From: Laetmonice hystrix
Lineage: Eukaryota
Length of the DNA stretch: 64,000 bases
Assembly (NCBI GenBank): GCA_965235115.1
Contig: OZ249436.1
Span: 45,076,001 to 45,140,000 of the forward strand
Direction: 5' to 3'
Made by a program: the position numbers and the translations under genes. The notes under the pieces are model-generated. The model was not told where the DNA came from and searched no databases. It saw only the letters and a list, made by a program, of their open reading frames with translations. The first letter of the stretch is position 1. The number at the start of each line of letters is the position of its first letter. Shown here in pieces: positions 25,512 through 39,360 of the stretch.

Positions 25512-28500
25512 GTAGGCCACCTTAATGTGTGCTTAAAGTGGTACAGACATCACAATTAACATGAAATTTTCTACCAGATCCCGATAATACTTGAATTTGT
25601 AATTTGTCATTGTTCTATAATGTAACGGTTGTTGTACAACAACATAAACTGTCTGTAATCCGTGATCAAAATGACGAATTCTCCCTGCCATCTGTCTGCC
25701 AGTCGCCTTCCGTCCAGGGCCCACCCGCCCTCACGTGCTTACGTCATCACAAATTCTCAATATTTTTACAAATGTTACTTTCTGAGAGAATTTATCAGAA
25801 AAACCTATACTGGACATGTCTACAACTAGTGATGTATCTGGAAGGTGCCTATGTGATGTCTAAAGTCTGGAGTGACTGTATGAATAATGATGACGTTACT
25901 GGGACTACGTTCTTGGTGATTCTTGCCCACTGTTTTCCTTGAAGAATTGCCTGATGAGAACTAGATTTATCCTACAGTATCCTCCCTGGTCCGGCTGTCA
26001 TTCGATGTGTTTGTGTTTTTCAGGAGCCGCCAACCTCAGTTATTTCGTCAGTCTAGTTTACTTCACAACTGTATTTAGATATTAAGTCATGTTGGTGGGT
26101 AGGTAGTACTTCGCTGTCACGCCAGAGGGAGCCAGCGTCAACCTGTTGTCATGCCAACGATGTGGCCATTACGGGCACGAGTATGGTGGGCGCGCGGCAT
26201 CCCTCTGCCTGGAACCAGTCCGTTTGATCTGTACCCCACACCCTCTCCTGGACATCTCCAACTCGCTGCCGGTCCATGGGGACCGATATATTTTTACTTT
26301 GTACATGATGCAGACAATTGTAGTTTTCAACTAGTGCTATCCTGTGATTCTCAGATTGAGTGCACCGTGTGTTGACTATTTGTGCAGGGAATGTGCCATG
26401 TGCACTTTTCAAGCATTATATTTGTTGGTCATTTTGTTTTGTATAACTACATAATCTTTAGAATATTCCAATGGATATAGAGCCTTTGTTTTTCTGTAGA
26501 TATATAATGTGGTATTTTCCCAGATTTGACCAAAAGAAAAACCAACGTAATGTACAGACATATTTTGGAAGATAACATATATATTTTGATTGAGGTATAT
26601 TGAGGTGTATGTTGTGTGTAGATGTGCAGTGTTGTAATAGTGATAAACGTAAGTTACACTTTAGATTAGGATCCCCGTATTGTGCCGTATTTTAGATACT
26701 TCTCATTTATTTAATGAGCATCAAATGTAGGATCAAGTTTCTTGTTTTGTTTTGAACGTTTTTTTGTCTTCTTGCCTTCTAGAAACAAATGATTAGAATA
26801 TTAACTGTAGTCACTGTTCAGTCAACATGTTGGGGGTCAGTATTAAAACGAAAGCTCATAACTTACAATGGGACAGATGGAGTCGGCTTTCAAACAGGAT
26901 ACGTTTTGATGCGATATGAAGTAAACCTAGTCAGTTGTTTACAAAATACATGACCAATATAAGGAGGGGTTCATTATGTACAGTACAGGTTCACACCAGC
27001 ATGACCAGTGTGTATAAATAACAATCTTATATTAAATTGTTTTAAGACAGAAATGCCAGTTTACCTTTCGAACCAGCACGCCAATGGTAGTGACGGCAGC
27101 GATTTCCCATAGTACATATTACTACTTCCGGCGAATCCCCGTGCATGTTTTGAATTTGTAGTCATGGCCACCCGCAAGCGTCCTAGACCTGTAGCGGAAG
27201 TAGACCTGCTCTTATGATGATGCGCACGCATAGAGCGGAGTCCCCCGTTAACTGGCGTTGTTGTCAAAATATCTAAGATTAGTGGCGCGGTGCTCTGTTG
27301 AGACGGCATTGGTGTCTGCGCCTTTTGATTATTGATTTTGAGTTTGGTAACTGGCATTACAGAAATTGACATTGTTAGGTGATGACTGTCAGTGGCTAGT
27401 CACCATTCGGCAGCCAGTCATGATTTTGTTAACGACATTGTGGCTGCAAATATTATTTCCTGTACCAGTTATGTTTCAGTGATTCTAAGATGACTTTCAC
27501 TCAGTGTACGTGTACATATTGCTGGTAATCTCAGTCCAGATATCAATCCTGCAGCACAAGGGACGTTGCACATAACCTTGTTTATAGAAATGTTACCAAG
27601 AAATACATAATATAGAAATGGATAATGTAGGTCATGTATATCTATGTGTAGACGTTGTTGTTTGGGGCCACCTACACATAAAGATTACTAGAGTCTGACG
27701 TTTCTAAAACATGATATTTCATTGGCGTTCTCTGTTAATATGTCCCAATTAAACATCTCATGGCTGCACAATTTTCTAGTGTTTATATCGCCTCCGTGAA
27801 GACATATGACATGCAGTCAGTGTAGTTATGCTACGTGAGGCGTTCCATAATACCAACCTTCCATTCAACTAGTATTAGCTTCCGGTAGACGTTTTCACCT
27901 GAAGTGACAAAGTAACACTTCCTATGCACCTTCTAATACGCGAATACGTCTGTTACATCGGTTCAGGTGATTACCCACCTTCCAATAATACAAACACCAC
28001 CACCTAAATTTAATATCTCCCCAATTCATAACAAGAATTCCAACTGCGAGTTTGTGGGTTCTTTCTTACCGTGCATGTATGAATGGTGATGGTCAATATA
28101 TTTTTATGTGTATGTCATATCTCGTATTTCTACTTTTCCACGGAAAACATTTTATATGTAGTAAGGCTTACAGAATTCGTACATCGCTTTTGCACTGCAG
28201 TGTTTCTAGGGTAAAGTACTTGAAAGGTTTAGCAATGAACCGAACAGAAGGTGAGGGGTAGACGAGGGCTGGTTATAGTGTTGTGTAATAATGGCTTTCT
28301 GGGTCCATAATTTACAGTTTACAAATCAAAAAGTGTGGCATTAATATCTACAATGTTAGGTTTTTCTGGTTATATTGTTAAATAACTCGTTAATCTTGTC
28401 GGTGAAACGTCAAACTTGAAGATAAACACTTCATTTTACAAAAGGCTGGGAAGAATAAAACCCTACTGTTAAAACTGTTCTACATTTCATTCATAATATT

Positions 28501-29132
28501 GGGAGAATTAGAACTCGTCAAATACCACTTGAAACTCGCGCGACATGTTCAAAGTTCTCTACTGTGACAGTGTATACAAATCAGATTATAGTGTGAGCTT
28601 GTGACGTGGTCATGGCCGCCGTATGGCAAGTTGGACCGTGACGTCACAAAGCGCGGTCAGTTGACGTCACGTCACAACTGTATTACGTCATGAAATATGT
28701 GTCAAACGTGGAAGTGGGCGGGTATGAACAGGTGGGTCGAGTTCCGCGGTATGGGTTTACGGTTACAACGACCGCATGGTCATGGTAACACGTCAGGTGG
28801 TGTGAAGAGTCAACCCGTCCGTAGGCGAAAGAATCGGAGTATTTTCTTGTGATTTATAATAATCTTTTACATGATATCTTGGCCGGAATTAAAGTCAGAG
28901 TGGAGAGAGTGTGCTTGCATGAACGGTTTACTGTGCGGAGGATAACACCAATCTAATATAGTAACATAAAATATGTCCTTGGATTTGCTTGATATTACGT
29001 TTGTAGTAAGGGCATGAAAAAATCACAGATAAGAGAATTTAATGTCGTGTATCATGGACTCTGATCATTTATATAATCTTGTAATCTTGTAAAGGTTCAG
29101 TGTCAGATGTGGTTTCTTTTGAAATAATTGTA

Positions 29133-29138
29133 AATAAA
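29133..29138 (+). terminator. Candidate polyadenylation signal for CERT1
   Basis: AATAAA in AT-rich sequence ~3.6 kb after the stop codon; another AATAAA at 28454. Which is used cannot be told from DNA alone. Confidence 0.3.
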
Positions 29139-29877
29139 GTTGGTTAAAGTAACAATGTAAAGTAACAAATGAAATGTTTATTAATGTAGTAATTCAAATG
29201 TAGTAACTGGGACGGATGAACAGTGCAAGTGGTCTTGGGTCCAGGAATTCCTAGTCCACGCCACTGGGAGGGCGTCGTCATGACTGCAGCACTGATCTTA
29301 TCGTCCTTAGGCCCAGTGCATATCCCTGTCCCCGACCTTAACCCTAACCCCTATCCAAAGATTTCGTGGGCAAGTTACCAAGAATTAACCACAAATCGGG
29401 AATACAAAATGATAGCCCGGTGTAGTCGACAGTTTCAGCATACCCGTATGTTGGAATAGCCTCCGGTGCCCAGTGGTCCAACATTTTCAATATTTTATCC
29501 CACTTTTTAAAAATATCGCCACATTTTTGAGGCAGCCCTTTTTGAAAGATGGCTGCGGGCACATTTTGACTGAGAAATTTTTCATCTTAAGTGTCAGAAT
29601 AGTGAAAGTGTTTAACGTTTGCACGCCTTGCCTCCGGAGCAACACCTCCTTATAAGATTCTAAAGCCGTGTTTCCATGTGTGCGTTTCCGTTTTCCGTTT
29701 CCGTTTTAAAGTATGATATCTGGTATCATATATAGGGTTTAAAGCATTTTTTAAATCCCACATTTTTGGGGAGAAATCCCACATTCTTTTGGCAGCCCAT
29801 TGTGTTTAATCTGGCCAACTGCACCCGGACCTGGTCATCATCGTGAGACTAGCCAGGTCAGCGGAATCAACAGACCT

Positions 29878-32068
29878 TGCTACAGTCTGGCGGTTCATTG
29901 TAATTGTACGTGCTACACCCTGGCGGTTCATTGTAGTTGTACGTGCTACACTCTGGCGGTTCATTGTAATTGTACGTGCTACACTCTGGCGGTTCATTGT
30001 AATTGTACGTGCTACACTCTGGCGGTTCATTGTAATTGTACGTGCTACACTCTGGCGGTTCACTGTAATTGTACGTGCTACACTCTGGCGGTTCATTGTA
30101 ATTGTACGTGCTACACTCTGGCGGTTCATTGTAATTGTACGTGCTACACTCTGGCGGTTCATTGTAATTGTACGTGCTACACTCTGGCGGTTCATTGTAA
30201 TTGTACGTGCTACACTCTGGCGGTTCATTGTAATTGTACGTGCTACACTCTGGCGGTTCATTGTAATTGTACGTGCTACACTCTGGCGGTTCATTGTAAT
30301 TGTACGTGCTACACTCTGGCGGTTCATTGTAATTGTACGTGCTACACTCTGGCGGTTCATTGTAATTGTACGTGCGACACTCTGGCGGTTCATTGTAATT
30401 GTACGTGCGACACTCTGGCAGTTCATTGTAATTGTACGTGCGACACTCTGGCGGTTCATTGTAATTGTACGTCTACACTCTGGCGGTTCATTGTAATTGT
30501 ACGTGCTACAATCTGGCGGTTCATTGTAATTGTACGTTTACACTCTGGCGGTTCATTGTAATTGTACGTGCTACACTCTGGCAGTTCATTGTAATTGTAC
30601 GTGCTACACTCTGGCAGTTCATTGTAATTGTACGTGCTACACTCTGGCGGTTCATTGTAATTGTACGTGCTACACTCTGGCGGTTCATTGTAATTGTACG
30701 TGCTACACTCTGGCGGTTCATTGTACGTGCTACACTCTGGCGGTTCATTGTAATTGTACGTGCGACACTCTGGCGGTTCATTGTAATTGTACGTGCTACA
30801 CTCTGGCGGTTCACTGTAATTGTACGTGCTACACTCTGGCGGTTCATTGTAATTGTACGTGCTACACTCTGGCAGTTCATTGTAATTGTACGTGCTACAC
30901 TCTGGCGGTTCATTGTAATTGTACGTGCTACACTCTGGCGGTTCATTGTAATTGTACGTGCTACACTCTGGCGGTTCATTGTAATTGTACGTGCTACACT
31001 CTGACAGTTCATTGTAATTGTACGTGCGACACTCTGACAGTTCATTGTAATTGTACGTGCGACACTCTGACAGTTCATTGTAATTGTACGTGCTACACTC
31101 TGACAGTTCATTGTAATTGTACGTGCTACACTCTGACAGTTCATTGTAATTGTACGTGCTACACTCTGGCGGTTCATTGTAATTGTACATGCGACACTCT
31201 ACAGTTCATTGTAATTGTACGTCTACACTCTGGCGGTTCATTGTAATTGTACGTCTACACTCTGGCGGTTCATTGTAATTGTACGTGCGACACTCTGACA
31301 GTTCATTGTAATTGTACGTGCGACACTCTGACGGTTCATTGTAATTGTACGTGCTACACTCTGACAGTTCATTGTAATTGTACGTGCTACACTCTGACAG
31401 TTCATTGTAATTGTACGTGCTACACTCTGACAGTTCATTGTAATTGTACGTGCTACACTCTGGCGGTTTATTGTAATTGTACGTGCTACACTCTGACAGT
31501 CCATTGTAATTGTACGTGCTACACTCTGACAGTTCATTGTAATTGTGTGTGCTACATTCTGACAGTTCATTGTAATTGTACGTGCAACACTCTACAGTTC
31601 ATTGTAATTGTACGTCTACACTCTGGCGGTTCATTGTAATTGTACGTCTACACTCTGGCGGTTCATTGTAATTGTACGTGCGACACTCTGACAGTTCATT
31701 GTAATTGTACGTGCGACACTCTGATGGTTCATTGTAATTGTACGTGCTACACTCTGGCGGTTCATTGTAATTGTACGTGCTACACTCTGGCGGTTCATTG
31801 TAATTGTACGTGCTACACTCTGGCGGTTCATTGTAATTGTACGTGCTACACTCTGGCGGTTCATTGTAATTGTATGTGCTACACTCTGGCGGTTCATTGT
31901 AATTGTACGCGCGACACTCTGGCGGTTCATTGTAATTGTACGTGCTACACTCTGACAGTTCATTGTAATTGTACGTGCGACACTCTGGCAGTTCATTGTA
32001 ATTGTACGTGCTACACTCTGACAGTTCATTGTAATTGTACGCGCGACACTCTGACAGTCCATTGTAAT
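29878..32068. repeat. 33-bp minisatellite, about 66 copies
   Basis: Unit TGCTACACTCTGGCGGTTCATTGTAATTGTACG; variant TGACAG predominates toward the 3' end. Confidence 0.98.
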
Positions 32069-33113
32069 GAGTGAAGTGGATCTGGTCGTGTTATCTTGTC
32101 CACAATGCCATGATCGTCTAATTGTACCTTTGATATGTGACATCAGATGAAGATCACGTAATCGTAAAAGCCGTTGTTTTATACGTGTCAACACTTGGCA
32201 GTCAAACAATGTTATTTCTATTTGAGAGTTACAAAACATGTATCCATCGGTACATCCCCAGCAAACTACTAATCTCAGCAGTCATAGCCCACATGGCTCT
32301 ACATATTATTGTTGGTCTGGCAATGGCCGCAGATAGGAGAAGACGGGTATCAGGATCTTGGAATGTAAATCAAGCAAATGTGTAAAAACTGTTGGTTTTG
32401 TAAAGATTTACTAATTTGGATCGAATCAGAAGTAAGCATTAGTTTTTCTCAAGTTTCGGGCCATCAGAAAATGTGATGATGCCAAGGTATTAATCTTTTA
32501 GCATAATGGCTACGATTGCGATGTTAGTTGTATCTTTGGATCGATTGCTGGATACATGTTCTATGCCTCTGTAAACATATAACTGTAGGTAACGAAAGTA
32601 ACGATCTTCGTTGTTTCTCTCATGTCGTCGTTACGACGCATGGATTTTTAAATTTTATTTTGCAGGAAAACGGTAAAGTCAACACATTGGTAAACCAGAA
32701 CAGGATTTATCTACAAAAGTTCAGCGATGTGCTTCGTAGCATGTGTGCAATATGTTGTTACAATAAAGAACATGTACAGAATGCCTTGGTTTTGTGTGTG
32801 AGGACTTTGGGACTTTTTTTCTGAGAGTGTATATATGACTCCCTCCCCCCCCCCCGATCCCCCAAAAGGTCCATTTTTAGATAACAGCACCCCCCGCCCG
32901 AAAAATCTTGCGTAGGCTACGCGCCTGACAGTGTTTGGGACCGAGTGCCGGGTCCATTTAATCGGGGAGTGTTTGAGGGCAGGGGGCGCCAGTGCAGTAA
33001 GCGGTCATTTCAGCAGAAGAGGCAGGTTCAAGCAAATGCGACCTCTGGCGGAAGTGTGGGCTCGTGTTTCCCATCAAAGAGTGAAGGATCTTTGGTGTTC
33101 CTATGAGGGACTG

Positions 33114-33178
33114 TGGTTCCCGGCTCACTCGTTAGGTGGCTCTGTGGTCGAGCCACCTAGCGGGTGAGCCGGGAACCA
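33114..33178. other. 65-nt hairpin (29-bp stem, 7-nt loop)
   Basis: TGGTTCCCGGCTCACTCGTTAGGTGGCTC-TGTGGTC-GAGCCACCTAGCGGGTGAGCCGGGAACCA; two mismatches, both U-G pairs as + strand RNA. Confidence 0.85.
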
Positions 33179-34565
33179 GCTTAGCGCTACGAGTCAGCTT
33201 TGTTCATAAATGATCCGCCAGGTGGCATGGTGGATGACATGAAATAGCCAAGCCCTTTGCGCAATCGGGAATCATCGACCATATCGTCGAAGGTATCGAT
33301 CGCCAGACCCGCCATTTTGAGCATTGCATCGCGGGTATCAACATTGAGCCGGGACTCTGGCCATCGTGGCAGTGTTTACAGTATTTTGTCTGTATCAAGC
33401 ATGGAAGCAACTAAAATAGGCCTCTAGTGCTCTTCCTAAAGCCAGTAGGCCTATACGTGGGCAATATTAGGCTACTATAGTGGCAGGAATTGACGTAAAA
33501 TGCCCGAGGGAATCCTGAATGCCCTTTGCGCTCTGAAGCGTCTTAATTGCCGCCGCCTTCTGCCATGTAGAGGATAGCTACACCTCAACGAATTACGGAT
33601 CCTCCAGACTGAAATTGCAGGGCCAATACTTAAACTGATGCCCAGCTGAACAGGGGCGTCGGACATATCACTGGTGGATCCGGGGGGGGGATCACCACCC
33701 TTTTGTCAACTTTCTCAAATTCGCAACCCCTGCATAGGCTACACATGACGTATCGTTTGTATGTTCCTTGGTAGGCAACAGAATGTTGAGGGAGAAGCAT
33801 GCTATGAAAGTGGATTGATTAAATATCGGGTGAGCAAAAAATCCCCCCCCCCCAAAAAAAAAACAACAACAAAAAACAAAAAAAAACTGGAGCACCCTGT
33901 TCTCGACTATTAGGCCTATATAGGCTACAGTTACAGTCAATAAAAGAGTTTCCCAGCATTTTTTGGCCCACCGGGACCGGTATACCTTATCCCTCCCTTT
34001 TCAAGTTCACAGATACCCGGTGGCTGTGGTGTTATTGCAGATCTTCTGCGGGGTTAAGAAAACATCTCGGTTTGTTCCCCTCCGCTACGCTCTAGAGCAG
34101 GAACATGATACCATGTGAGATGCCATTTCCACCCCAATACCATCTGACCTACAATTCATTGAAAGATTCGTCCCACTGGCCAGCACACTGGGTGCTTGTC
34201 GTCACTACTGATCAACCATGCGAATACTCTCGTATCACACGCTTGCTTGTTTCCAAGGAGATGAATCCTGACCTTGGTCAAGGTGATAGGACCTTGGTCA
34301 GGGTGAGATGGTTTAGCCTTTATAACGAATGCTTTCATGTGTACTTCAGTTTGGGCCACGTGTAACGCCTTTAAAGGAGCATTATCACGAACTAAACCAT
34401 CCAGGTGTATCTAATTTACGGTTACCTTTCCGATGCGTTCCTTTAAGGGGCAAGGCTGGTAGCCGTTTAAAAATTACCTCCGTGTTCCAGGTGGGCGAGT
34501 TGGTAGTTTTACGCCCTGTGGCAGTATGGGTTAGGCCTATCAGAAGGTAATGGCTTTGTCAGTTG

Positions 34566-34808
34566 TCAGTAAAATGTTACCTCATTTGTCAGTATCAGTA
34601 AAATGTTACCTTATTTGTCAGTATCAGTAAAATGTTACCTTATTTGTCAGTATCAGTAAAATGTTACCTCATTTGTCAGTATCAGTAAAATGTTACCTTA
34701 TTTGTCAGTATCAGTAAAATGCTACCTTATTTGTCAGTATCAGTAAAATGTTACCTTATTTGTCAGTATCAGTAAAATGTTACCTCATTTGTCAGTATCA
34801 GTAAAATG
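34566..34808. repeat. 29-bp minisatellite, about 8 copies
   Basis: Unit TCAGTAAAATGTTACCTYATTTGTCAGTA. Confidence 0.95.
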
Positions 34809-35421
34809 TGGGCTTTGTCAGAAAAGTTGTCGTCTGCTCGTGGAAGCATTCAAATCTGGTCGAACCTGGTGTCTCTTTATCGTTTGACGGTAGAACTCCC
34901 CCCCCCCCCCCAAATATAGCTTGTCAGAAAATTATTTTGGCCTTTTGTCACCTGTCAGTAAACCCTCATGATAACCCTCGTAGGACTATATCAGCTATAG
35001 TAAGGTCGGGAATACAACGTTTATGACTTGTTCGGTCTATAGGCAGGGATGTTCAAAGTAACGGCTGCTTAGTGCGCAGCACAAATCTGCGCACCAAAAC
35101 TACCAACCCCAGCAAATTAGCAGCTATTTTGCAAGAGATTGGGTGAGAGTAGGCGGCACAGGTGTTGGGAAACAGACGGCCAAATATAATTTGTTCAAAT
35201 TAAAGCCCAAAAAGGTATTCGTTTCGCATATTCACGAGAGATACATGGTTACAGTGTTTTGACTTTCATGGGTCACTAGTCTGGGGTATCTCTAAATCAA
35301 AGATGCATTGCGTTGTTCTTGTCGATCCAAAATGGGACATAGCGACAAATGGACAGCCCTGATAGGTCAGATCTGTTTGAGTAAGTACGTTTTTACTTGT
35401 ATTGAACACACTGCCGACGCG

Positions 35422-36069
35422 CATTCGGAAAACCTCGGCCCAACTTCCGGTCGCTTCGCTAGTTGTGGACTCGGACGTCGCAAGCCGTAGAGATATGACA
35501 GTGATTCCACGGGTTTGGGTACATCACAACTCGCGTAGTGCGCAACGGCGCAAAGTAGTTCATAGAATGTCGGTGTTCGGCCTAACGCGGGATTGTTCAT
35601 CAGCAAAGATGGATAATTTCCGAAGATTTGCAGTCTCGATCGTTCTTAGCAGCCGCGACACATTCAGTTTTGCAGTATTTATGAAATCATACGACTTTAC
35701 TAGCTTGTATCAACATAAGAAATGACGTCATACGCCCAAGGGAACCCGAGGGAATCCCAAGTGAGACAGCTCGTCCGTGGGACAAACGTTGACCTCCGTC
35801 TGACGATAAACAATGCCAATAGTAATGTCAACATCTAAAAAAAAGTATCTATAGAGACCTAAATAGATTTTCTCTGACGTCTAATCCACTTGTCAGAGGT
35901 ATCAAGCGGAGATCTGTTTTTAAACAAGCCAGACACTGCTTGTCTTTCACCTTTGTCGGTGTGTCGGCCGTCGCCGTTTTGACCACGTTGTGTCACGTGA
36001 TCCAACATGGTGACGACTGTGCGAGGGCCGAGAGGATCTGGCCCGGACAGTCCCGAGGTGGGCCGAATG
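35422..36069. mobile_element. Non-autonomous DNA transposon with 10-bp TSD (Mutator/MULE-like)
   Basis: Termini CATTCGGAAAACCTCGG / CCGAGGTGGGCCGAATG; TSD TGCCGACGCG at 35412-35421 and 36070-36079. Confidence 0.8.
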
Positions 36070-37822
36070 TGCCGACGCGTACAGTTCTCACTGGGCCCAA
36101 CAAGATACAACACTCCTACCATTTGTTACATTTTATTGCCGTTGGCACCCAACGCGACACGTTTCTGCTGAGACTGCAGTAACCACCCACAGGGGCCGCG
36201 ATGTTATAGTATTTATTCGCAAATCGAACGTGTACAATGGGTTATGCCACATGGATCATAATATAGTAGAGACATAGTCAAACAGAAAGTAGACAGGAGC
36301 GCATATAGTCAGTGACTCGATCCACCTTGTTTCACGGCCTCTCAAATTATGGATACATTTAAATCTTTAAGAAAAAATAAATAAAGTGATAAACAACCTC
36401 TGATAATGTAAGTAAGGTTTGATTATAATTATTTTGTGAGTAGTTAGTTAATTGCTCGGAGGTTTCCATCTTGACACTTCAAGTCCCCGGCTATCCCACA
36501 AAACCAGAAGAAGTTAATTAGTTTCAGCAAAAGCGACCTCTGGCGGAAGGGTGGAGTGCAGTTTGTCTGTCTCACTTCACACACTCCTCATGGCATGGAT
36601 AAGGTCTGCTGGCCATCCGTGACGTCATACCTTCACTGCGTATACCCAGACCGTCCGAGGAGCAGTCCCAGGTCTCGCACTGTTTTATGATTCGCTCAAG
36701 GACAAGTTTCAAAAGCCTCTACGATTTGACTGTTATAAGGGCGTGGTTGCTCGCAGTAAGAAAAACAACCAGGGAGACATGGTTCTAGCTACTATTATTC
36801 GAATATGGGAACTAGACTTAAGAAGTAGGCCTATGGGCAAAGCTCCAGGGGTCATTTAGGCTCCACCACAATACAAATTAATGTTGGTAGGTTAACTGTA
36901 CAGATTCATCTGATTGGCTCTAATATAACTTCCTGTTCAAGAAAAACACATTCTGATTGGTTCTTGAGTTACTTGAAAACATGGCTGGTGTATCAGGAAT
37001 ATATATAATGCATTTGTACTGTGGTGGAGTCTAATGACCCCTGCCCCCCTTTGCCCTACTGTATATTTATTTTCCGGGAAGTTTAAAAGGTTAAACCTAC
37101 AGGAAACGTTCCTCACTAACGTACCTTTGAACACCAGCACCACCATGTGAAGTGCCTATAAGTCGCACCGATAAGTGGAACACTGTCTAAGGCGACTTTT
37201 AAAAATACCGTATGGGTCATGCGCTATTTTTACACGCGTTACGCCGCCACTGGCTTCATGGGACTCTCACTCACTCACTACGACTGCACTACTGACTGTG
37301 TACTCTTACCGGTGACAGCAGACACCTTTTTCTCTCTCTTCACACCCTTATTGGGGCATGTTAACAAATACAGAGTTTATGTGCAGCTATCGTTTGCAAC
37401 CAATCGTCGATGAATCTGTCGCCATCTTGCTTCGAATTGAATTAACGGTGACGTCATGGGCATGTTTCTGGTAAAAGTGGAATCGCGGCGGTACTTGAAT
37501 AGCGGCCCTCTGGCCGGGAATCTGCGTGGTTCGCTCCACCTGGCGGCCACATAACAATTCATGGATAAGTAGGGCAGACAAGCAGACGAAGCCAGGAGGA
37601 GAATGTCTAGCTACATTTCAGTTGATTATTCCTTTATCAACACTGAACACCCTTATATTGATAGTTTGAACTTTTCTGTCACCTTTAAGATTGCAATCTT
37701 TCTGGGCTGATCCTTTACCAGTCATAATTCTCTTTCGCGGATGCCTCCTCTATGCCCGTTCCATAATACGATTGATAACGCAACATAATTGAGAATATAT
37801 CCTGCAAGTTTATGTTATGTGC

Positions 37823-38437
37823 TCTGGCAAGGTCACATGTATCGTCCTCTGGCAAGGTCACATGTATCATCCTCTGGCAAGGTCACATGTATCGTCCTTT
37901 GGCAAGGTCACATGTACTAGCAAGGTCACATGTATCGTCCTCTAGCAAGGTCACATGTATCGTCTTCTGGCAAGGTCACATGTATCGTCCTCTGGCAAGG
38001 TCACATGTATCGTCCTCTAGCAAGGTCACATGTATCGTCCTCTAGCAAGGTCACATGTATCGTCCTCTGGCAAGGTCACATGTATCGTCCTCTGGCAAGG
38101 TCACATGTACTAGCAAGGTCACATGTATCGTCCTCTGGCAAGGTCACATGTATCGTCCTCTGGCAAGGTCACATGTATCATCCTCTGGCAAGGTCACATG
38201 TATCGTCCTCTGGCAAGGTCACATGTACTAGCAAGGTCACATGTGTCGTCCTCTGGCAAGGTCACATGTATCGTCCTCTGGCAAGGTCACATGTATCGTC
38301 CTCTGGCAAGGTCACATGTATCGTCCTCTAGCAAGGTCACATGTATCGTCCTCTGGCAAGGTCACATGTATCGTCCTCTGGCAAGGTCACATGTACTAGC
38401 AAGGTCACATTGTATCGTCCTCTAGCAAGGTCACATC
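37823..38437. repeat. 27-bp minisatellite with a 19-bp variant, about 24 copies
   Basis: Unit TCTGGCAAGGTCACATGTATCGTCCTC; variant TAGCAAGGTCACATGTAC. Confidence 0.96.
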
Positions 38438-38821
38438 TAACCCACAAGCCTCATTTATCGATAAATTACGTTCCTTTGTGAGACAGAGTATTTCGTTCGA
38501 CTAAAGAAATACGACCGAAACATAAATATCGAAACATCAAGAACACGATTTTAAAGTTACTTGTCTGAAATCAAGGTCACAAGCACAATATCAGCCACTG
38601 CTGGGAAATCAACGACTGTAATGACGTCATGAATTCAAAGATCCCTTTTGATGTCCTCTTTGTTTTCGTTTTACGCCCTACTGCCGATAGAGGACATTGT
38701 GATCTCCCATCAATCTAAAGACGACATAACATACATTTATAGGCCAAGTTGGATTTGCCTCGTTGGGCTTATTTAGTTCGAACCTGTGGAGTAGGTCTAC
38801 CCATGGATGGCTGGAACTTAA

Positions 38822-39262
38822 AGGCAGGGTAAACACCCAAGGCAAATAAGATTTCATAGACCAAATGAAACACCAGCATTTAACTCAGGGCAATAAATGC
38901 CACAATTACGTTGTCAGAATGAAGTAATTAACGTGTAACCGCCCGATGTATGACGCCGCTGGTTCTTACCTTGACCTTCATGTGTGTTCATCAGAGCCGA
39001 ATGCTGCACACCGCGGCGTATTGCGTAACATTACGTGTTACTCTGCTCACAGACCTTGTCTACACGATGTTTGGAGTCCCAACGTTTGTAAACGTCCGAG
39101 GTGTTGAACACACAAGCAGAACCAGTTGCGTCACACATCGGGCAGTTACACGTTAATTACTTCATTCAGACAATGTAATTGTGTCATTTATTGCCCTGAG
39201 GTAAATGCTGGTGTTCCATTTGGTCTACGAAACCTTATTTGCCGTGGGTGTTTACCCTGCCT
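38822..39262. mobile_element. Kolobok-like MITE with ~135-bp TIRs and TTAA TSD
   Basis: TTAA-AGGCAGGGTAAACACCCA... / ...TGGGTGTTTACCCTGCCT-TTAA; long imperfect inverted repeats; related fragments at ~48866-48921 and 49442-50567. Confidence 0.85.
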
Positions 39263-39360
39263 TTAACTTAGGAGGAACATAATTTGTGTCGAAATGAGAG
39301 CTTGAGTTTATGATTTCATGTTATATCTGGAACCGGTCCGCGTCTAAAAGAAATAATTAT

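Noticed and set aside
25887..25954. ATGATGA...CTGA pair resembling a box C/D snoRNA in the putative 3' UTR intron
   Set aside because: No terminal stem, no clear D'/C' boxes and no rRNA complementarity I could recognise; a snoscan/Rfam search would be needed.
29800..32239. Cys-rich ORFs (CYTLAVHCNCT)n resembling a metallothionein or structural protein
   Set aside because: Translations of a 33-bp repeat that is open in several frames on both strands; indels break the frames and no splice or start context supports them.
33189..33666. Short minus-strand frames (e.g. MLKMAGLAIDTFDDMVDDSRLRKG...)
   Set aside because: Under 65 aa, flanked by stops, no convincing splice structure or recognisable family.
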